From a virus (Duplodnaviria; Caudoviricetes), in the IMG/VR virus record IMGVR_UViG_3300016657_000025, positions 1 through 39,368 of that record: a stretch of DNA of 39,368 bases; one strand, 5' to 3'. The notes under the pieces are model-generated. The model did not search any database. It was not told where the DNA came from and saw nothing but the letters and a program-made list of their open reading frames with translations. A program made the position numbers and the translations under genes. The first letter of the stretch is position 1. Each line of letters begins with the position of its first letter. This document shows, piece by piece, positions 33,680 through 39,368 of this stretch.

Positions 33680-35890
33680 ATGACCAGTAATCCCTTCAGC
33701 TACGTCACATCGGGTGGCGTGGTCAACAAGCGCGTCAAGTCCTCAGATAACGACGCAACGCTTAAAGACCTTTACGACCGTTTCAACAAGCCGCTGCAAC
33801 TCGACCTCACGGCCATCGAGTACCACAACGGCGACAAGCAACTGCGCTACGGCGTCAAAAAGGCTCTGCCGTACTTCGTCGGCGGTGAGTTCTCAGACCA
33901 CAAGCGCAGCGACGAGTCCATCAAGACCCGAACGCTCATCACCCTCGACATCGAGCAATCCGACATCGCTGGCGCAGCCCCTCCCCCGCCGCAGGAGATC
34001 GCGGCCAAGCTGGAAGAACTCGGCGGCTGCGGCTGGGTCTACACCTCCATCTCCCATACGCCAGACCGCCCGCGATACCGTGTCGTCCTGCCCCTTGGCA
34101 AGCCCATAGAGCGCAGCAACGAGTACGACATGGGTGAAGCCCTCAAAGCCTCCACGCTGGCCGCTGCGAAGAAGCTGGGCATAGAACAGTGGTGCGCTCC
34201 TGAGTCCTACGTGCTGTCGCAGGCCATGTTCCTGCCGACCATGCTCAAGGGCATGTCCTTCTATCAGGAGTTTGTTGAGGGCAAAGTCTGGAGTCGCGTG
34301 GTCAAGAAAGCGCCTGCCGATATTCCGGACGAGATCGAGATGCCGGACAAGCCCAAGAAGGATGGGCCAGCGGACATCCCGGATGAGCGCCCGGACTTTA
34401 TCTTGCAAGCCATCAAGGCCGCTGGGCTTTATCTCAAGCCCAACAAGCGCCACCCCGGCATGCACTTCATCACATGCCCCTTCTCAGACGAACACGGACT
34501 GGTCAATGAAACACAAACGGTTTACTACGAGGCTCACTTTGACGGCAACCCGAAAGCTGCGGTCAAGTGCTTTGATACTGTGCCTGATGTTGACGGCAAG
34601 CCTCATCTCACCATCGCCTCACTGGTTAGGTATCTTAAAGACGCCGGCCACATCACGGAGGATCAGCAGGCCGAGGCGGGTGTCTTGGACGATCCCGATG
34701 CTTTCGATAAGCTGGCCGACATTGGACAACTACTGGACACACAGCCTGTACCGCGTGAGTGGGCAATCGAGAAGTTTGCGCCAGTCGGGAAGGTGACTGT
34801 GCTGGCAGGCCCGGGCGGGGTGTCCAAGTCCATGATGATGCTGCACGTTTTGACTTATGCGGCGATGGGGCAGGCGTGGGCAGGCTTCAAGCCCGAGGGC
34901 GTTCTTAAATCCCTGTATGTGAGTTATGAAGACGACAAGCAAGAACTTCACAAGCGAATCAACACCCTCGCCAATGAGCTTAGGAATGTTGATGACGGAA
35001 CTTTTGACATGCTGTATGACGTGGATTCGTCGATTCGTCGTAATCTGCGTGTGTACGCTGCTGACGATAACGCTGCTGCATGGCTTTTGGCGGTAAAGCC
35101 GGACAGGTATTCGCCTGCACAAAGGACGCAAAGGGTTGAGTGGCTTATCGACTACGTGAAGTCGCGGGGCATCAAGCTGCTGTGCCTGGACCCCGCTGTA
35201 TACACGCACCAGTTAGCCGAGAACGATGTGGCTGACATGGCCGAGTACATGCGGATACTGACGCAGATTGCCAAGCACGCAGGCTGCGCGGTGGTCGTGC
35301 TGCACCACATGAACAAGGGCGGTGCAAACTCGTCGCTGGATGATGTGACAAGCGGGTCGCTGAGGGGTGCTTCGTCGTTCAGTGATAACGCTCGTTCGGT
35401 CATGACGGTTGTGAGCATGCCCATTCACGATGCTCCGACTTACGGCTTGCCGAGTGACCATGATACGGTTAGTCGTTATCTTGTGGCCAAGCACACAAAG
35501 CACAACTACTCGGGCTCCATGGGCGTGCAGGTGTTTGAGCGCAAAGGCGCATTGCTGATACCCCGCGCGGATGTGGTTCGCCTGAGCGCCGAGGAAGCGC
35601 AGGAAGCGCGTGAGCAGCAAAAGCGTGAGGCCGCACAGCGCAAGATGCTCATGCTGGTGCCAAGGGCTCTGGAAATCCTGTCTGAGGCCAACCAGCCCGT
35701 TTCCCAGAACTTCGTGGGCCATGAGATGAATGCCAAGCCCCAAGTCGTCAAAGAGGTTTTGCAGTGGTGCGTCGATCAGGACTATGTGGAGATGTCCGAA
35801 GGCCCGAATCGCAGCCGTTTGCATGAACTCAACAAAAACGGGCGCGCATACCTGAAATTGCTCAAAAAAGAGGCAAAAAATGGTCTTTAA
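33680..35890 (+). CDS. Primase-helicase (AEP-like primase, AAA_25/RepA-type helicase, C-terminal winged-helix-like domain)
   Basis: TLDIE and YTSISHTPDRPRYRVVLPL (primase); CPF..EH...KCF; GPGGVSKS (Walker A); LCLDP; HHMNKG; LRGASSF..NARS. Confidence 0.88.
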   Translation: MTSNPFSYVTSGGVVNKRVKSSDNDATLKDLYDRFNKPLQLDLTAIEYHNGDKQLRYGVKKALPYFVGGEFSDHKRSDESIKTRTLITLDIEQSDIAGAAPPPPQEIAAKLEELGGCGWVYTSISHTPDRPRYRVVLPLGKPIERSNEYDMGEALKASTLAAAKKLGIEQWCAPESYVLSQAMFLPTMLKGMSFYQEFVEGKVWSRVVKKAPADIPDEIEMPDKPKKDGPADIPDERPDFILQAIKAAGLYLKPNKRHPGMHFITCPFSDEHGLVNETQTVYYEAHFDGNPKAAVKCFDTVPDVDGKPHLTIASLVRYLKDAGHITEDQQAEAGVLDDPDAFDKLADIGQLLDTQPVPREWAIEKFAPVGKVTVLAGPGGVSKSMMMLHVLTYAAMGQAWAGFKPEGVLKSLYVSYEDDKQELHKRINTLANELRNVDDGTFDMLYDVDSSIRRNLRVYAADDNAAAWLLAVKPDRYSPAQRTQRVEWLIDYVKSRGIKLLCLDPAVYTHQLAENDVADMAEYMRILTQIAKHAGCAVVVLHHMNKGGANSSLDDVTSGSLRGASSFSDNARSVMTVVSMPIHDAPTYGLPSDHDTVSRYLVAKHTKHNYSGSMGVQVFERKGALLIPRADVVRLSAEEAQEAREQQKREAAQRKMLMLVPRALEILSEANQPVSQNFVGHEMNAKPQVVKEVLQWCVDQDYVEMSEGPNRSRLHELNKNGRAYLKLLKKEAKNGL

Positions 35891-35905
35891 AAGGCCCAAA
35901 AATCA

Positions 35906-36157
35906 GGTGCTACCGGGTGCTACCCGGGTGCTACCAGTAGCACTTGGTAGCACCTGAAGTGGTGGTGGTGCTACCAACATCCCTTTAGGGGGATTGGTAG
36001 AACCACCCACGGCCCGAAAACCACGTAACCATGCGGGTTGCAGGTGATACCGGACGGTCTGGTAGCACTTGGTAGCACCGGAGAAAATAAGTTCCACGGT
36101 AGCACTCGAAAAACAGGGCAAAAACGGACCCTTTAACGACAACGATTTGGTAGCACC
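35906..36157. repeat. Iteron array (GGTGCTACC / GGTAGCAC[C/T]), probable replication origin
   Basis: About 12 copies of a 9-mer in both orientations directly after the primase-helicase stop. Confidence 0.8.
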
Positions 36158-36171
36158 TGAAAGGATCAGAA

Positions 36172-36624
36172 ATGCCGTCAGTACCGGACCATCGAATTTG
36201 CAGTATTTTGGGCTGCAAGAACCCAAAAACGTTTCGCAGCGGGTATTGCGTGGAGCATGGCGGTGGCCCTACGGATAAAACCCGTGAGAACGCCAAGCTG
36301 TACAACTCAGCCAAGTGGAAGGCAACCCGGGAACAACAGAGGTCACTGCACCCGCTGTGTGCCCGGTGCCTGTGCGAAGGGCGCGTTACGCAAACGGCGC
36401 ATATCGACCACGTATTCCCACATCGCCGCGATCAGGGCAGATTCATGGCCAATCTGTTTCAAGGGCTGTGCCATAGCTGTCATACCCTCAAGACGATTGA
36501 GGAGAGCAAGGGCGTTATCCAGCACTGGACGGCCAATGGTTTGGTCGAGTACGTGGAAGCGGATTACGGCTACGTGATGACGACAAAAAATTTGTCAGAG
36601 AAATTCCCCGGCGATCAGAAATAA
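36172..36624 (+). CDS. HNH endonuclease (HK97 gp74-like, packaging-associated)
   Basis: LYNSAKW, HPLCARC, IDHVFPH and QGLCHSCHTLKT; GAAAGGA RBS. Confidence 0.9.
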   Translation: MPSVPDHRICSILGCKNPKTFRSGYCVEHGGGPTDKTRENAKLYNSAKWKATREQQRSLHPLCARCLCEGRVTQTAHIDHVFPHRRDQGRFMANLFQGLCHSCHTLKTIEESKGVIQHWTANGLVEYVEADYGYVMTTKNLSEKFPGDQK

Positions 36625-36710
36625 AAACCTCTGTGGAATTGGAAAGATGGTTTTAAATTTTTTCAAAAAATCCCGGGTGGGGGGTCGGCCCCCTATGGGA
36701 TATTAACTGA

Positions 36711-36810
36711 GTACCGAAGTACTACACGACCGCCGAATGGCGTACCGCCGTACTACAGAACTACACCCGCCAGTACTACCGGCCCGCCAGTCTGAAAACC
36801 AGAGTAGTAC
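36711..36810. repeat. GTACTAC/GTACCG repeat cluster
   Basis: GTACTAC at 36719, 36750 and 36773; inverted copy at 36804; GTACCG at 36711 and 36742. Confidence 0.65.
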
Positions 36811-37070
36811 AGTTCAATGCCGGATCGCTGGCGCTGCCGGCCGTTTTTGGCCCGACCCGATAAAACCCCCTACAAGGCCTGAAAGCATTTGACCGTGCCT
36901 TACCCCTTACCCGCGATAAAAACCCGCCAAAAGCCCGATAAAGCGCCCCGCCGTGGTTTTTATCCATGGCCCGGGATTTATCGCCAGTCGCACAAATAAA
37001 ACCCGGACTGTTACAATTTCAGCGTTAAAGCAACACCAGACACTCGGGTTTTATGTTGCTGCCCATGTAC

Positions 37071-37141
37071 TGGCGAACCATTGGCGAACCATTGGCGAAC
37101 CATTGGCGAACCATTGGCGAACCATTGGCGAACCATTGGCG
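37071..37141. repeat. Perfect 11-bp tandem repeat (TGGCGAACCAT) x6 plus 5 nt
   Basis: Copies start at 37071, 37082, 37093, 37104, 37115 and 37126; partial copy at 37137. Confidence 0.95.
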
Positions 37142-37159
37142 GGCCTTGTCTGGAAACGC

Positions 37160-37209
37160 AAAAAAGCCTAGGGGCCTTATCCGTTTCCAGACAAGGCCCC
37201 TAGGCTTTT
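37160..37209 (-). terminator. Terminator for the leftward small-gene cassette (possibly bidirectional)
   Basis: 17-bp inverted repeat 37162-37178 / 37193-37209 with T6 on the minus side and T4 on the plus side. Confidence 0.7.
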
Positions 37210-37250
37210 CCCGTTTTACGCCTGGGGTTAGGCGGTAGATTGTGCGTGTG

Positions 37251-37385
37251 TCAGTCTATGCGAACCGACCAAACCGGGGTCTCACCGAATTGCCCTAACC
37301 AGACAGTCCTCTTTATGGGCTTTGCGGTCAGTCCGGCGTTACGGATAAAGCGCATAGCTTCGCGGTAAGTTAGAAAATTCTTCAT
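37251..37385 (-). CDS. Hypothetical protein (44 aa)
   Basis: AAAGGGGG RBS before ATG 37385; abuts the upstream stop. Confidence 0.6.
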   Translation of the reverse strand: MKNFLTYREAMRFIRNAGLTAKPIKRTVWLGQFGETPVWSVRID

Positions 37386-37386
37386 G

Positions 37387-37569
37387 TTATGCCCCCTTTG
37401 CCAGTCGGTTAAAGGCTTTAAGGTACCCGCACGCCATACGGTATGAGTCGCACCGCATGCGGTCCAGAATCTGCCCATTTGGCCCGCGACATATCACAAT
37501 GTACATGCCCGAGACTGGCATGCGCTCAAATATAGTGCATGCGCCGTTTTTAAATTCTCTGATCTTCAT
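37387..37569 (-). CDS. Hypothetical protein (60 aa)
   Basis: GGAGG RBS; tight packing with neighbours. Confidence 0.7.
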   Translation of the reverse strand: MKIREFKNGACTIFERMPVSGMYIVICRGPNGQILDRMRCDSYRMACGYLKAFNRLAKGA

Positions 37570-37572
37570 GGT

Positions 37573-37770
37573 TCAATCCTCCAACAGATCAAAATAGTCC
37601 CCGATACGGGCATCGTTTTCCAAGTTATCGGTTTCGGCTTCCAGTGTTGTCGCGTCGTTATCCTGAAACCACAGGGACCGGCCCGTTGACTGTTCCGTTA
37701 TTTCGTATGCCCAGCCGTTACCGTGTGACGTTATGAGATAGGCGCCCGTTGTAGAGGTGTATTGCATCAT
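37573..37770 (-). CDS. Hypothetical protein (~65 aa)
   Basis: ATGATG start; ends 3 nt before the next gene. Confidence 0.6.
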   Translation of the reverse strand: MMQYTSTTGAYLITSHGNGWAYEITEQSTGRSLWFQDNDATTLEAETDNLENDARIGDYFDLLED

Positions 37771-37858
37771 GGCTTCATGTTCCAAAAGTAAAAAACAAAA
37801 GGCGCCGCGATAAGCGCGACACACACGGCAATATCCAGCAGTTCCCAGGTTTTAGTTT

Positions 37859-38203
37859 TCATGCTGCGAGATCCTTTGGAACTTCCACTTCATCACCTAG
37901 CTTGCTGGCCACGTAGCAGCGCATGGCCGCGATCAGGGGTGTTGTGCCGAATTCCTCAAAATTTTGCCAAGTATGGCCGCCAAAGTATTTACAAATTCGA
38001 GCAGATTGTCCGCTCCATGTGATCCTATTACGCTCAATGATCGGGCCACCTTGTGCCCAGTCGGTAGAGTAATTGGTAGGGGGGAATTCATGTCCAATGC
38101 CGTTGTATTCGGTTACGGCTCTGTAATCATCCCCTTCACACTTCGCCACCGCCCAATCAAGAGCGGCGCCTGTCAGTTCGCTGGTTTTAATTTTGGCTTT
38201 CAT
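37859..38203 (-). CDS. DUF2591 / NinX-like phage protein
   Basis: ELTGAALDWAVA, YSTDWAQGGPIIER and TPLIAAMRCYVASKLGDEV. Confidence 0.8.
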   Translation of the reverse strand: MKAKIKTSELTGAALDWAVAKCEGDDYRAVTEYNGIGHEFPPTNYSTDWAQGGPIIERNRITWSGQSARICKYFGGHTWQNFEEFGTTPLIAAMRCYVASKLGDEVEVPKDLAA

Positions 38204-38207
38204 GGTG

Positions 38208-38891
38208 TTATTCCGCCGTCCAGTATTCGCGCACTTGGTCCATGGTGCAAAGGGTTTTCAGGTTCGCCCCTTGGCAGTCTGTGTGGTGGCTCAGGTGCTG
38301 CGCAACACCTGCCCCGGTTTTTGCGTAGCCCTCAAGGGGGCGGTTAGACCGTGAATGCCGGGTTATGTCCCGGCGGTACTGGGGCACCGGGGCCAGACTA
38401 TGCGCAAGGCGGGTTTTTTGGCGGGCTTTGTTGCCCCAGTCATACCCGCCAGATTCAAAAGACAGTTCCACAATGTCGCCATTCAAGTCGCGGATAAAGA
38501 ATGACACGGTGCCGCCGCTTGACTGGTACCGTAACGCCCTTTCACAGCTAATAACGGCGACACCCTCCGCCCCTTGTATCGCGTCCACCCAGTCCCGGGT
38601 TTCGGGCCGCACCGGATACATGCCCGCATAACGTCCTTTCCATGCGAAAACGGGGAGCGCATGGGCTTGCATAAAGTCGAGCACGGCGGACATGTCCAGA
38701 ACATGCAGCGCGAAGTGCCTCACCCCGTACAGCTTCCCGTGCACCATGTGCAAGGACGCGCCGGGGATATCGGGCAAAGCCTCAGCGGCTTTCTGCTCGG
38801 CTCGCAGTTTCTCTATTTCCTTAGCGTGCTTAGCGGCAAGGGCGGCTAACTGGGCTTCGCGGGTGTCTTGTGTTTGGGCGGCGCTATTCAT
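38208..38891 (-). CDS. Hypothetical protein (~227 aa)
   Basis: AAAGGAG RBS spacing favours ATG 38891; N-terminal coiled coil. Confidence 0.7.
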   Translation of the reverse strand: MNSAAQTQDTREAQLAALAAKHAKEIEKLRAEQKAAEALPDIPGASLHMVHGKLYGVRHFALHVLDMSAVLDFMQAHALPVFAWKGRYAGMYPVRPETRDWVDAIQGAEGVAVISCERALRYQSSGGTVSFFIRDLNGDIVELSFESGGYDWGNKARQKTRLAHSLAPVPQYRRDITRHSRSNRPLEGYAKTGAGVAQHLSHHTDCQGANLKTLCTMDQVREYWTAE

Positions 38892-38915
38892 GGTCATCTC
38901 CTTTGAAGTGAATGG

Positions 38916-39014
38916 TTAGATTGTGGCGATAGCGCAAGCAAACATCGTTATTGTCATGAGCCCGATCAGTGCAAAGCATGCACCCAGGGCGATAGTTTCA
39001 AGTTTGTTAAGCAT
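38916..39014 (-). CDS. Small hydrophobic peptide (32 aa, MLNKLETIALGACFALIGLMTITMFACAIATI), not in the ORF track
   Basis: TGAAAGGAAC RBS; lies downstream of a candidate promoter; single transmembrane segment. Confidence 0.6.
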   Translation of the reverse strand: MLNKLETIALGACFALIGLMTITMFACAIATI

Positions 39015-39058
39015 GTTCAGTTCCTTTCAAGTTAGCCGCACTGCGCAGCATGGCCTCT

Positions 39059-39086
39059 AGTGTATCGGGTTTGTCGTTATTTCCAA
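39059..39086 (-). promoter_or_regulatory. Candidate sigma70 promoter for the leftward cassette
   Basis: TTGGAA-N16-TACACT, about 45 nt upstream of the 39014 start. Confidence 0.5.
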
Positions 39087-39368
39087 ACCCCCCGCACGCC
39101 CTTAACGACACTGACCGGCCACGGGTTGACGATTCCAGGCATGCGCTGCCCTCGACCCCCAGAAAACCCCGGTTTTGTCGTTTCCGCCTTAGTTATGCAC
39201 ATGCACGCCATGCGCCGATAACGACACACAAGCCCATGCACCGCGATAACGACACGCTAGGCGCGATAACGCCCTGAGCACGTACTCCCCTACCTGAAAG
39301 CGCGATCGCGCCTTGTTCGGGCGTTAATCGGCTTTAATGACTTAAAATAAAACCTTGTCGTTAAAAAG

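Noticed and set aside
33242-33690. ORFs overlapping the small-RNA locus (33242..33622 minus, 33342..33581 plus, and a TTG-started 43-codon frame 33559..33690 plus)
   Set aside because: The two longer ORFs run through a terminator and overlap a real gene, and the TTG frame has poorly spaced SD sequences. The strand-specific G-U stem is better explained by a non-coding RNA, though the short plus-strand frame is not formally excluded.
34308-34386. Duplicated PADIPDE peptide in the primase linker
   Set aside because: The duplication is real but short and lies in a low-complexity interdomain linker; no function can be supported.
35903-36314. ORFs across the iteron array
   Set aside because: Translations merely reflect the repeated 9-mer (GAT/VAP/CY repeats) and lack RBSs.
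37071-37141. Tandem repeat as a CRISPR array
   Set aside because: Units are 11 bp and contiguous with no spacers.
36953-37238. ORFs containing LANHWRTIGEP repeats
   Set aside because: These are translations of the 11-bp tandem repeat and cross a terminator; there is no other coding evidence.
1-39368. tRNA, rRNA, integrase/att site, intron or intein
   Set aside because: No cloverleaf, recombinase motifs or interrupted conserved genes were seen by eye; tRNAscan-SE and HMM searches would be needed to exclude them formally.

Overview
The window is most of a ~40+ kb tailed dsDNA phage genome (siphovirus with HK97-type head and lambda-type tail). GAAAGGA-type ribosome-binding sites suggest a betaproteobacterial host; this is inference. 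It starts inside the large terminase gene. The plus strand (1-22.1 kb) carries terminase, portal, prohead protease, two tandem paralogous capsid genes split by a terminator, neck proteins, two tandem paralogous tail-tube genes, a G/GT chaperone with a -1 frameshift site, tape measure, tail tip and fibres (with a GNAT-like gene among them), a Dps-like gene and a lysis cassette. The minus strand (22.1-33.4 kb) carries an SNF2-type helicase, VRR-NUC nuclease, family A DNA polymerase, a histone-H1-like protein, a DUF2815 ssDNA-binding protein, a DUF2800 Cas4-like nuclease, glutaredoxin and small hypothetical genes. These are followed by a divergent control region, a primase-helicase with an iteron array just downstream, an HNH nuclease, a repeat-rich non-coding block and a leftward cassette of small genes. 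No integrase, CI-like repressor, small terminase or spanin was recognised. The best candidate for a new system is a ~120-nt minus-strand small RNA at 33467-33586. It has its own extended -10 promoter and terminator and folds into a 21-bp stem with six G-U pairs. Its 27-nt loop is complementary (10-12 nt) to the ribosome-binding sites of the primase-helicase, the helicase and the first genes of two leftward operons, so it may be a multi-target antisense regulator. All product calls come from recognising motifs by eye; no database searches were run.
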